From NCBI RefSeq assembly GCF_009914755.1, contig NC_060925.1: 64,000 bases of DNA; one strand, given 5' to 3'. Both the position numbers and the translations under genes were made by a program. This DNA comes from the human T2T-CHM13v2.0 reference genome, Homo sapiens. Below are positions 28,130-41,613 of the stretch, piece by piece. Numbering within the stretch: the stretch's first letter is position 1; every line of letters begins with the position of its first letter. A model generated the notes under the pieces. That model saw nothing but the letters and a program-made list of their open reading frames with translations. It had not been told where the DNA came from and did no database searches.

Positions 28130-29559
28130 TCATGATATCTTTTTTCTCTTGGAGGTCTCTGGTGCCAACTAAAATCCTGGCTGGGCTGGTCCAGTCCCTC
28201 CTTAGCATGAGCTGTGCCATTCTCTCCTGTGGAGGTTTAGTTCTGGGGCTGCCCAAGACAGCAGCCAGACTGCAGAAACCACTAAAGGGCCCACGTGGGG
28301 CTTGGGAAGAAAAACCCAGACTCCTACTCCCTCTCTGCCTGGCTCCCACCCAGCACAGCTCAGTTTCAGCTTTGGGAGCAGTGGGGTCCCGGCAACAGCC
28401 AGGGCATCTCTGAGAACTCAGACTGCTCAAGTACACACTGTCCTGGCAGGTCCACACATGTTATGCGTCTGGCCAACATACACACACACGAGCTTCATGT
28501 TCAGAAAACAAGACTGTGTGTGAAATTGCAAAAAAAGCTGACACTTGCATAGAGATTATGTCAGAGCTTCAAGTCCAAGTCTTAACCCTTCCTTTCCAAA
28601 GGGAATTTAAGAGTTTAAACAAAGCGGCTCACTGCGGCCTTTATGCTGTAGTGGGAGGGAGTACACATTCCTGCCCTTTTTGTGGTGCAATTCAGCAGCC
28701 CCTTATGAACCTAATGCCCCTTTCATGTTCCAGCAGGGTACAATGAGGCATGGGGAGGTTGAGGGGTGTGGTGAAATGGGTACAGCTGAGCCAGGGGGTC
28801 CCAATTCCTGGGTTCTGCAAGAAGACACCGAGCCTTGGTGAGCCTCACCCCAACATCTTCCTCTCTGCTGGTCCCAGTCTAGCTTCCCTAGACCAGGCTC
28901 CTCTATGAATAAGCAAATCACTCCCAAGCAAGAGGCCTCTGGACGCTGCCTGCCCCGTGCTGCGTCGGCACTTTTGTTTGCCAAACATTCCTCTGGGTTT
29001 GGCGGCTTCACTCTGGCCCTCCTAGCTATCCACTGGGGCAGCTTCAAAACCCAAAGATGAGGGGTAGGCCCAGGTGTGCTGAGGATGAGCTGGGGCCCAA
29101 CCAGGCAGGGCTTCAGGGGCAAAGTGCCTCTCTCCTACCATTCCTGAAAGCAGAAGCACAGGGCAGGGGTTCTGAGCCTCCCATTCTGGAGCCAGCTGAT
29201 GGAAATCTACATTCCTGCATCCTTCCCTCTGGGTCTGCCAGCCTGTAGATACCAGGCAGGTCACCACTGAAACTGAGGGCCCCCAGCTCCCCAGAGGGCA
29301 GAACTGCTTCTTAAGTCCTTGGAACATTGAGATCATGGTGCATGGGGCTGGAGGAAGCGCTGAGAACATTCCTGCCCAGTACTGTAAATGAGTCCTGGTG
29401 AGGGGGCAGGGGGCTTGGGACCTGAGTCTTTGGCCACAGGTGTCAGGTGTGGGGAAGGGGAGGGGCTTCCCAGCCCAGGCTTCTCTTCAATGGCTTCCTG
29501 AGGACTAAGGCTGAAGCCTTTGGAGGTCACGTACTCACTCTCCAGAATTTTCTCTGGAC

Positions 29560-30063
29560 TGTATTAATTACGTCTTTTATTTTCTGTATGCTGATGCTTT
29601 GACATCTGGGGCCTTGCTGACTGGGGAGGGAATGTCCCTCCCAGGGCAAAATCCTAGAGATAGCAAATAACTTGCCTGTGAGCGTGCCTTTCGTATGCAC
29701 GAACCAATCCAGACCCCACAGCTCAACTGCCCCTTTCCACACTATCCTCATGCCCTCATCATTCTGGGACCAGGCACCAAACATCTAGGGACAGCCCTGG
29801 GCCCCAGAGCCTGCTAAAATGACTCAAACTAGCTGATCCTAAACTTGCTTACCCTGCTATGCCTGTTCCTTCCTGCAGAAACCACATAAAGACTCTTGCC
29901 ACGGTTTCTCCCTCCGCCTCCAGGCAGACCAACCCTGGTGCTTCCCCCTGTGACCCCTGGGGCATGGACTTCCCTCTTCTCTTGGGATTTGATCTATGAG
30001 TAGAACAAGTTATACTCTGGCCTTGCCATACCTGAATAACAATAAAACCTATATTTTAAAACA
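29560..30063 (+). mobile_element. ERVL solo LTR (MER74-like)
   Basis: TG...CA termini; GATGCTTTGACATCTGGGGCCTTGCTGAC and GCCATACCTGAATAACAATAAAACC; TSD TGGAC/TGTAC. Confidence 0.75.
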
Positions 30064-31277
30064 TGTACCTAATTTGCTTGCTTTTTTTTTTTTTTTTAAA
30101 TCCTTCCTGGGTGTGAACTTACCATTCTTGTTCCCATACCTCACCCTAGACTCTGGAGTTACCTGGGAGTTTCTGGGGACCCTGAGCTTCAGTCTGGAAA
30201 TGGAGTGGGGGCCTAGGCTCTTTTACCCATGGATCAAGTTCTACACCTGGCAGAAGGAGGCATGCGCTCACCTAGCCCAAAAAGGAGTGACCATGGTGGA
30301 TACTGAAGGTGTGGTACAAGTGCTCCCCAACATCTCCAGCAGGATGGTAATGTCAAGCCCACCAGCATTTCATGTGGCCTAGTTACGAAGAGTCTGGATG
30401 TTTGGGATCCACCTTGGCCCTTCCACCAGTCACCTGTATGATTGGGGGCAAGTCATTTAACCTTTCTGGACTTAGTTTCCTCTGCTACACAATGAAGGGG
30501 TTGCATCAGATGATCCCTGAGACCTTTCTATATCTAACCTTCTAACACTCTGTCATTTTGTGTATCTCTGTGTTTCTTATGGAAGCCTCAAGTACCCTGG
30601 AAATGTGTCAGGGGTAAGAGGGGAGACATAACACCATCTTCTCCATCTCCATCTTAGTCTAGTCAAGCCCCTGAAGGTCAAAGCAGTAATGATAGTAATT
30701 TCTATGAAAAATAATGGCCATAGTAGCATCTGCTATAATATAATTACAAATACAATCATGTTTCAAAAAATATTGGCTGAAAGAGTGAGATGGAGCCTAG
30801 AAAAATGATAAAAAATTGACAACATATCAGACATTCTATCCCTACGATACAGACAACTTTTTAAAAATTATAAAAATTACATGGCTATGCATGGAAGACT
30901 AATATAAAATGTCCAAACTTATCATCTTAGCAACCTAGGTGGAGTTATCTGATGCAGTGACTAGCATTTATCAACTGCCAACCTTATGCCAGCCACGGGC
31001 TGGCAGGTTATGAAGCTGAGGCAGGTCTGCTTGTCACCATTCATAGCTGAGAGGTGGAGGATCCGGAGGTTAAATGACTTGACCATGCTTGTACAGCTAA
31101 TAGATGGCAGAACCCTGCTTCCTCTCCAGACATGTCTGAATCTGGAGCCAGAATTTCTCCAACCACTTCCAATATGGGTTTTCACTGGACCTCAAAGTCA
31201 ACCTGTCATAAAACAGGAGTCCTTTTGTGCTGTATCATAAACTCAGAAGCCAGTACTTTGATACACTCACTATATCA

Positions 31278-31617
<340 letters not shown>

Positions 31618-31664
31618 TTATAAGGTTTAGGTATTTGGACCATGATTCCAGGCTCAGAGTCTTA

Positions 31665-32027
<363 letters not shown>

Positions 32028-32030
32028 TCA

Positions 32031-32312
<282 letters not shown>

Positions 32313-33101
32313 TCATCCTTTTATATTCTACAACAATGGAACACATCCCGCATCAGTATAGATCAGTGCCCCAGTGGATTAGGGAGGTAGCAAATTGGAG
32401 ACGGGGGTTTGAAAATGAGGGGCAGGGATAGGGTTTCATGGGCTTCGGGGAAACTCCTTTTTTCTGGATTTTTCTAGAATGTAACTATTTAGTCAGTGCT
32501 TAGAATCTGGTCAGGCAGTCAACAAATATTCACTGAGCACCTACTGTACATAGCAGTGAATGCACAGTCCTTGCCCTTGTGGAATTTACGGTCCAAGGAG
32601 ATTATCAGGTAGATAATCCTGGGCAAACTGGGTTCTCATCCATGGATTCTTTCCAAATTCTCTACATCTTCAGGGCTAGGGGAGTGCTGGCAAATGGTAG
32701 GTGTTCAATTTTTTATGTACAGAGGATTCCCTAAGCATAAGTCTGTGCTTTCTAAGAACTGAGGCTATGCAATCTCCGTGTTTTTCAAGTCACCATAGTG
32801 AGGACTCAATGAATGCTTGATCCTAGTGGTGACTGGGGAGCTCCTAGGAGCCTCCTCCATCTGGTGTTCTCATGGCCCTCACTTCTCATTATTTTTAGAA
32901 GTATCCAGCCCCTTTGATATACGGGATATAAACTGACAAGTGGCATATATTTCTCACAGTGACCGGTATGGTATTTGGGTCTAGGTGTAGCAAATAACAT
33001 GGAGGTGATGGGGCAGGCCTATGAATGAACATGCACAGTAACATGTGAACAGCACATGTCCCAGATGTGCAGTCTTCTGGTGGCCCTTCAAGTTTATCTC
33101 A

Positions 33102-33263
<162 letters not shown>

Positions 33264-35196
33264 CTACAGCTTAGGTTTTCTCCAAAAGGATGGACCATGG
33301 TTAGATCTAAGGATGGGAGAGATTGTTTTCATTCTGGGCGTGGTGGTACTTGTCCTGTCCTTTTCAATCCTAAATGCTCTCTCTGCTTACCCCAGAGGTG
33401 AGACTCTTTCTAAGAATCATCTCTGGGCATGTCCGGGAAGGCAGAAGAGTCATGTGGGGTGAAATTAATTAACTCCCCAGAGTCTCATGCTCATAACAAT
33501 GAAGGGAAAGCAGAGGTGACACTGACTAATCTATCAATTCGTTTACAAATTGAGAACAATTTGAAAATGCTTCTCTATCTAGAGCCTTTACTGATTTTTT
33601 GGGCACAAAATCGATAGGGCTGAATAAAGCATCCCTGCCTGGGTTGGGCCACCGAGAGGCTAAAGTCCTCCATTAATGGCCCATGCACATGCCCTTCTGT
33701 CCTTCCCTGAGCATAAGAAGGGCACAGCAGGGCACCTGGTGCAGAGAGCTGTCAGTAAATGTTAGGATGGCTTCTCAGACCCTCATCAGGAGGATGGCGC
33801 ATCACTGGCTGGGGCTTTCTACTAAGCTCACTAAGTAGTAAAATTCAGCCTGAAGCTTAAAAGAATTGCTTAACCTAAAATGCATCAGGTGGCTGACCTG
33901 AATCAGAAAAGAATTGCTTCTGCCTGGAGGGCAGTGGAGTGGAGTGAATTGGAAAATGCATTTAACTGAGCAACTATACAGGCATGAATTCTAGTTTGCA
34001 TCAGCCATTCATCCGCTGTGTGTCCTGAGGCAAGTTCTGAGATCATTCTTTACTCCTCTGTCAAGTGAGGAGGGTGGGCTAGGTTATCTCTAAAGCCCCT
34101 CTCCGCTCTGACTTGCTCCAGATTGTCAGAGTACTGACATTCTCCCCAGCTAGTTCTCCTGTGTTTGCTTCTCACACAAATGCCCACTGCCCCTGCCCTG
34201 GGTAAGAGATGGAGTAGGTTGGCTGCAGATAGGGCAAGGTACTGTCCAGTCTGAGAGAGGAGAGTATAAGAAAAAGGTGGAGATGCCAAGATAAGAAGGC
34301 AGAGGCTAGAAAACCTGAAACAATCAGCAAAATGCTTTACAGAAAATAGAATTTTGTGCTCCAAAGATTTTTTAAAACTCTCAGCAAGGCTGGTTTGACC
34401 CCATCTGCTAGTGTTAATGCCTTTTAATGAAATATTCGATGTAGCAATGTAGGTGTCAGAAGAGAGACTTCGGGGCCGAAGAAGCCAAGTTACTGATTCA
34501 GTATGAATATAGCCCTGGGTGGCTCCAGGGCCCCAGAAGCAAGTTATTGATTCAGTATGAATAGAGTGCCATTACAGAAAGAAAGTCTTTGCAATTTGAC
34601 TACCTGTTGCCTGCGCATAAAGAGATGTTTTCAGGTGTGACTGTGTGAATGTGTGCGTGTAATCACAGTAGCGAGTTACACATACAGAGTGACTCTGGTG
34701 GTCCTGTGCAGATACACATCCCTGCCAGATTTCAGTGACTCTTCTAAACTCCCACTTAAAATATCCTTGGCAGAAAACAAAGCATGCGGATAAATATAGA
34801 CTTATTTAATTAGGTCCCTCAGGCTATGCATCCTCATTAGGCTAGAATTAGACTAAGATATTACACTGGTGGGACAAGAGGCAGTTCCTCCCCGCCCCCA
34901 GTCTAGGATCCACTTTCTAAGAAAGGCTGGATTTTGCCTTATTTAGAACTCTGACCTGTGGCCCTCTGGGACTCCCAAGACTCCACAGCTTTGTTTATCA
35001 CATGCCCATCTCATCCCGGAAAGACAGGCTCTCAAAACAGCAAGACCAGAAGTTGCCTTATCTGGAGGGTCCTTTTCTCCTCCTTGGTCTGCAAGAAGCC
35101 TGGTGGTGGAGGGGAGTGGGGGCTTCCTGGGAGGAGTCTGGAGCATGTGTGTCTCCTCCCTGGGCACCTGCACCTGGCCCTGGACCCAGTACTCAC

Positions 35197-35314
35197 CACG
35201 AAGGTGTACTGCTGATGGGACTTCGTCATGAACTCTGGCTTACACTCGCCAATACACAGGCGTACTGGCCCGGAGGTGGTTCCCACGAGGGCATGGCCCA
35301 TCTCACAGACAATC
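35197..35314 (-). CDS. PLXNA2: Plexin-A2 exon 14, IPT domain
   Basis: cag|G ATT...GTG|gtgagt; 118 nt; [39 protein letters not shown]. Confidence 0.96.
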
Positions 35315-37904
35315 CTGGGGAGAAAGCAAACCTTCTGGTGAGGGACTGGGCAAGGGCTGGCATCGCTGTTCACTTGCTCTCCCAGTCATGGCAAATGACT
35401 CATCACAGTCTTGCAATAATGCCAGACCAAGACTCAGCTTGGTCATCCATCTTGCTGTGTGACCTTGGGTACAGTGCTTTCCCTCTCTGGGCTTTGGTCT
35501 CATCTGCACAGTGTGAAGGTTGAACCGGATCATCTCTAAAGCCCTGTGTGCCTCTGATATGCTCTGCTGCCTAATTCTGTGGCCATTTCTGTGGTTCCCC
35601 ATGCCTAGCGCAGTGCCTGGCATTGGGTAGGGACCCAGAATTTATAGAATAAAGGGAATGTCTAACAGAGATCTCGGGGCAGCAATCTAGCTGACGCTCT
35701 CTCCTATGTAACAAGCAGACATTGCTACACTCCCTAAAGGAGTGGGTGAGGGCATGTTTGCCAAGCCGATTCAATTGTGGTTTGCTTCCTGTAGTGAGTT
35801 TTAAAAAGGGGAGAGATAATCTGGTGAGATAGTGAGAGCTCAGAGAAGGAGCTCCCTGCAGAACGGGAGGGGTGGAGTCCTGCCGCAGTAGGCAAAGGGG
35901 TGGGAGCTGGACAAGTTCATTAGGCCAGCAGGTGACACTGGCCTCTCACTTCATCAAGGGCTGAGCACACCCGGTGGGAGAGACAGTGACACGGCCCTGA
36001 GCGAAAGTCACGTCTCACACTAACGGGAGAGCTGGAGGGAAGAAGTGTGCAGCGCTCTCTCTCGAGCAGCCCAGATCAATACCCCTAGTGATGACTTCCC
36101 TGGCGCCTGAGAACAGTTACACAAGCACATTTAGATACTGGTTGCCTTAGCCACGGTACCCTTCTAGAAAGGGTGGGCAGCTGAGGATGGGGAGAGATGA
36201 AGGCATCAGGGACTTGGGGAAACTCTTGCCTGGAATGGTCGGGCCTGGGCTGGGTGGGAGAAGGCCCTGACAGCTCAGCTAAAAAGAGCTTGGGAATGGA
36301 GGGAAGGATTTTTCCTTTCCTCCCAACATCATTTCGGAGATTCAGAGCAGTCTGGTGCTCCTGGTAGGTTTGCTTAGTGGGGAGTCAGAAAAACAGACCC
36401 CATCTCCACTAATCCCCAGCATTATCCTGGCACGGTGGGGAAGATCCGTGTTTAACCGAGCGATGCTTATCTCAACAGCTTCTCTAGGAAGGAAGGTAAC
36501 TAAACAGAGATTTCATTTCGATGTAATAAAACTTGCATTAAACAAATACGCTGCATGCTCACACACATGGCACGCCACTGATCTCCATCTCCTTCATAAC
36601 AGTTAATCCCAAATAACTACTTTCACTCCTAGCGAATATTTACTTAACATGCAATAACGGTCTTATTACGTTTTAGCATATTAGATTCAACAAGAAAGTA
36701 CTGAACGCATATGGAAGAATAGTCTCTCTTCCCTTTCTCTATGAATCAATCAATTAATTATAAACCCAAGGAAACATGATAGTGATGATCAATTAATATT
36801 TTACACGTAACTGTCTCCTGAAACCCCATTAGGGGAGCATTCGAGAAGCTCAATTTAAGGTACTGTGTGGTTATCTTCATGCTGCTACCTGCGTGTGGTT
36901 AACGACTCTCTCATCCTGTTTCCCGGACCCTGGCAACCCGCTGCTGTTTCAGGTCCCTGACATCCTGCAAACGATGCCCACCATGCTCAAGGAGCTCCAG
37001 GGGAGAATCAACTAGCTATTGTGGGCAGTGCTGGGGAAGACAAAGGAAGAGAACAGGAGGGAGTAGGTAAGTTTCTCTCCCTCTCTTCTAATGAGGGTGT
37101 GCTTGTTACTCAGTCATCACCCTCGGACACTCTGCTGGAGTGATCTTAGAGAAGAAAAGGAGGAAGAAATCATCACAGGCTTGAAGTTAAGGAAAAAAGA
37201 AAAAAGAGAACATGTGAAGGTCACGGGCAGCATGGAAATGTTCTTCCCTGGGCCCTGGGTCTGTGTAGGAAAGGAGAAGGCCTGGAACAGCCCTGGTCAG
37301 CTGCCCCTGTGTGGAGCTAATGATGGGCCAGGGCCTCTTGGCACACTGTCTCTTCTAGGACATTTTCCTGCTTGGGGCTCATGTTTCAAAAGAAAAGCAG
37401 TATATTCAAGCACCTAGGAGAAGAGTGATGACTGAGAGATGGATGCCACTCAAGTGTGCAAGGAAGGGCACCTGTAGTTGGAAAGGCAGGATGCAGGGGT
37501 CCAGGGGCTGCACTGGGGAGAAATCAGAGCTGGCCATAGGTCTCTTTCCTCGGGCATCAGCCGAGCCCCCTTCTCAGCTGTGGAATGAGTGGGCAGAGGG
37601 CTGTGGTCAGCAGTGGGTTGTAGAAAAGGGTCTGGGCAGGAAGATCTAAGAACTGGAGAGTCCTAAGAAAATCAGGCAGCATTGCAGACAAACTCTAATC
37701 TCCTCAACTCTTCTTCCCTTTCATTCCTGGGACCCAGTGCCTGCAGGCCAGGGTGGAAAGGGCTTGAAAATATTTGTTGCAGGCACTTGTTCTTTGAGTT
37801 CAGGAAGATAGGGAGTTAAAGGAAGAAGCTAGGGCAGCTGCAGGGAGTGGAAAGGGTTATACTGAGGAAGGAGTATTATGCCAAAGCAAATTCTAGCCCT
37901 TAAT

Positions 37905-38145
37905 AATAATAAGAACTACAGTTTACTGATTATGCCAGGCACTCTACAAGACAGGATCTCATGCCATCCTCAGGCTCTGCTACAGAGCGGGTCTTATCTC
38001 CATTGTACAGACAATGAAACTAAGGCTCAGGGATGCTAAGTGACTTATCTATGGCCACAATTCTGGTAAGTGGCAGAGCCCTGATTCAAATCCAGGTCAG
38101 CTCGACTCCAGAGCTCATGCTTCTGACCACTCCCCTCTACTGCCA
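37905..38145 (-). mobile_element. MIR (reverse)
   Basis: CCATTGTACAGACAATGAAACTAAGGCTCAG...AAGTGACTT...TAAGTGGCAGAGCCCTGATTCAAATCCAGG. Similar reverse MIRs lie near 15880-16045, 17850-18005, 50640-50850 and 61500-61730. Confidence 0.8.
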
Positions 38146-41100
38146 ATAGATTTAATGGGATGCTCTGTATGTCTTTCAAGGAAGGGACAGTATGGATATG
38201 GCAGCAATGGTAGAGGTGAGGTTGTTGGCAGGGGTGGTGAGAAAGGCTGAGCTGGGTTCCTCAGGTTCTGAGAGCTAACCACTTGTCCCCTCTACCTTCT
38301 TGGTTGTAGACAACCATAGGCAGTGGTGTGTGCACCACCACCTCCTTCAAGCCTTGCAAGTCAGCAAGGTTGGTTGATTTCTTGTGGTTTGATTTCTTGA
38401 GGCCTCTTGTCTTCCCTGTCTCCTCCCTGTGTCTCTGGTGGCTCTGGGGTCCCTATGTATTGTTAGGAGACAATCGCTGGAGATGCCTAGATTCTCTCCT
38501 TATAAAATGGGAAGTTGGACCAAACAGCCATCCAGCTTTGACATCTGAAGACCTGACTCCTCCTGGTGGCAGGGGGCTTCCGGAGGCACCTTAGTGCCAC
38601 AGATAATCTTTACAATGGGAGCTGCAGATTCCATGGGGCATACCATTTACTGGTTTGGACATCTAGAGGACCACCAAAGCAAATGTAGAAATCATCTATT
38701 CCTAAATACCTGTTTTCCAGATGAGATGTTTGAGAAGCAGGGAGCAAAGTGACTTGCTCAAAGTCACCTGGTTCATCCACAGCTGAGCTAAGGCTTGAGC
38801 ACCAGTCTCCTGGAATGCAACCCAGTACCCTTGCCCCACACTACACCACCTCCCATAGACTTGCATAGATGGTGCCTCGCTCCCTGGGGCGGCAGCACAC
38901 ACACATCTCACATCCATCCCGCAATGGCTGAGTTCACAGGTACAGCAGATGAGAGGGAAGCAGCCTGAGGATCTAAGGGGAATCTGCTCCATGTGGAGCC
39001 CCTGTCCCAGGAGGGGCTGAGCTGCAGCCTCAACATGCATCCCATGGTCCAGGAAACTTCCTGTGACTGAATCATCCAGCCCTCCACAGACCTGTGGGGT
39101 GCTGATTGCAGGACTAAGCGGGGCCCTTTAACCGACATTAACCTAATTGCTGAGTGATAGATGGCGCAGCACAAGCATATGGTGAATCATTACCGTGCTG
39201 GCGAATCCTGCCCGCGCCCAGGACTCTGCACCGGGTCCTTTTAGCCAAATTCATCTCTCACAGACATCTGTAACGATTGTGCCTGCTGCTCACTGCCCGG
39301 GATGGAGGCTTTAATGATGTTAGCAAACTCTGAAACCTCGGGAGTGGTAATGAGCCTGGCACAGCTGGAAACCAGGGCTGCATCCAGCGAGGCATGGGGT
39401 GTGCTCTCTGTCTTCTGCCTACCCCATACCTGAAGTGGTGGTTTTCTGGGGCGACCACCAGCCTCTGCAGGAATGCATGGGGATTGTTCCCCTCCCCAGG
39501 CTCCTTTCACAGCCTCACGTGCAGCTTCTCTCGACACTTTCTTCCCCGTGGCCCTGGGTGTGGGGTGAGTGCAGTACATTTCCTTTCATAAATAGCACTG
39601 AAATTCCTTACATTTGGGCAGCACATTAGGCTAATGAAGGTCACAGAGATTGAACAGCTTGCTAAGGTCTTGGGGCTGGTCAGTAGAGGAGGCAGGTCTA
39701 AAACACGGTTTCATTCCAAACCTCATGTGATTCTGAGGGCCAGTTGCCCAGGAATTTGCACTTCTCAGCTAAAAGCCTTACCTCCCACCCTCACCCCATA
39801 CCCTAGCCCTTTCCTTTGGATTCCTGTGGCATCTCACCAAGTTGGATACAGGTCTGTGTCCAGGGGCCCAAGGGAGGTCCTTGAGGTTGAGGTGGATTTG
39901 GGGTCGTGTAACTGAGCACCTTGCCTAGTCTGGCAGGGTGCGGGGCTCTGTAAAGATGGTCTGCCAGGAGGACCTCTGTGGGTGCCCTGGCTCCTGCCAC
40001 AACAGCTTTCACCTCTTTTTTGGCTCAGAAGCACTATTTGTTTCCTTTCCCTTTTTCCATCTTCCTCATCTCTGTCCTATAGGCCCAGCCAGCCTTTCCT
40101 CCAGGACTCATTCCTTGCAGGAATAAGGCTGTCATTGAAGGATCAGACCTGAAGGATCTGAGAGATCAGGCCAGCTCTTTCTTCTCCCTGCTGTGGCTGG
40201 CAGGCATCACACAGCCCTCAGAGTCTGGGAATTCACCCCTTTGGACTCTGACCCTTCTCTGGGCCCTGCGAGAATCACGGCCTGTAAGCCTCAGAGCTAC
40301 ACACTGATTCGTGGAATTTCAGACTGCTCCTGTCCAGGAGTCGTGCCCCATCACTGTTATGGAAGGGAAGTAGCCCTGCATTAGGGGTCAGGAGACTCAA
40401 GGTCTAATTCTGCCTCAGCCACTTATGCCCTGAATGAACTGGGGAAAGTCATTTCACTTCTCATGAGTCCTTTGCTCTCTCCTGCTTTGCAGAATGATGA
40501 TAACAATATTTACCTCTCAGAGTCCTTACCAATTAAAAATGAGATAGTGGATGAGAAAGTGCTCTGTTAACTGCAAAGTGCTGATGGAAGATAAAGCGAT
40601 GTCATTTTTATGGTTGCCACTAAAGGCTGGCTCCGGTGGGGGGGATCAGAGGAAACAACCTGACCTGGCAGAGGGTTAGGATAAGGGAAGGAAGTCCCTG
40701 CCCCAAAGTCATGCTCTTGCTCATGCTCCCAGTACCCCCTGCAGAGCTGTGTTCACAGTGGAATCAGAATGGTTTGACCCAACTTCCCTGATAAATCATG
40801 CAGAATGATTTGGCTGCTCCCCCGCTTTCTCCTTTGGAGGGGTAGCCTCCCTTTTTCCATCCTCTGACCCCCAGCTTCGTGCCCACCTCCTGCCCACCAA
40901 CTCCACAGCAGCCACCACTGCCAAATGAACACCCCAAATTGGAACATATGTCACTCCTGGAGCCCCGTTTGCCTGTCCGCAACTACATGCCTATTTTCTA
41001 ATTTCCAGCTGACATTTCCCTTAGTGAAATAAATGAATTTGCTCCAGCGGAGGCCCTGCTCGGATTAAGCTGCTGTCAGAGCCCCACGCACCAAACAAAT

Positions 41101-41461
41101 TGTTGCCTGCAGCCCACCATACAGGATGCATTCCAATGGGGGCTGACAGGGGAAGGGCTGGGGGAGACCTAGGAGGAAATGCTCAGTCACACTGGCGGGC
41201 AGGCAAAGACTGAATGAGGGACGGTCAGGGCCGGAGCCCTGATGCCAGAAGAGTCAGGGAACAGGGAATCAAACAGGATGAGACCCCCTGAGGGTGGAGG
41301 TGAGGGAGGAGGGGGCCCTGGGGAGGCTTCTGGGGCAGGTCCATGGGAGGAGAATGTAATGGGAGATCAATCATGGAAAAGGCCCAGGAAGGGAGAGGGG
41401 AGAGTCTCCAGTCTCCACTCTGAAGCTCCCATGGGAAAAGGGCTGGCCAGGGCGGACTCAC

Positions 41462-41613
41462 TGCTCAGCGATGATGTATTCCCCTGGGAGGGGCGTGCAG
41501 GGCACCCCAGCCACCTGCACATGGTGGGCGATCTCGGAGAAGTCCAGACCCAGGTTCACGCCATGGATGGTCACTCGCGTCCCTCCTTCCGGCGGTCCAG
41601 ACACCGTCAAAAT
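41462..41613 (-). CDS. PLXNA2: Plexin-A2 exon 13, IPT/TIG domain
   Basis: cag|ATT...GAG CA|gtgagt; 152 nt; [50 protein letters not shown](Q), with the GPxxGGTxVTIxG TIG motif. Confidence 0.97.
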
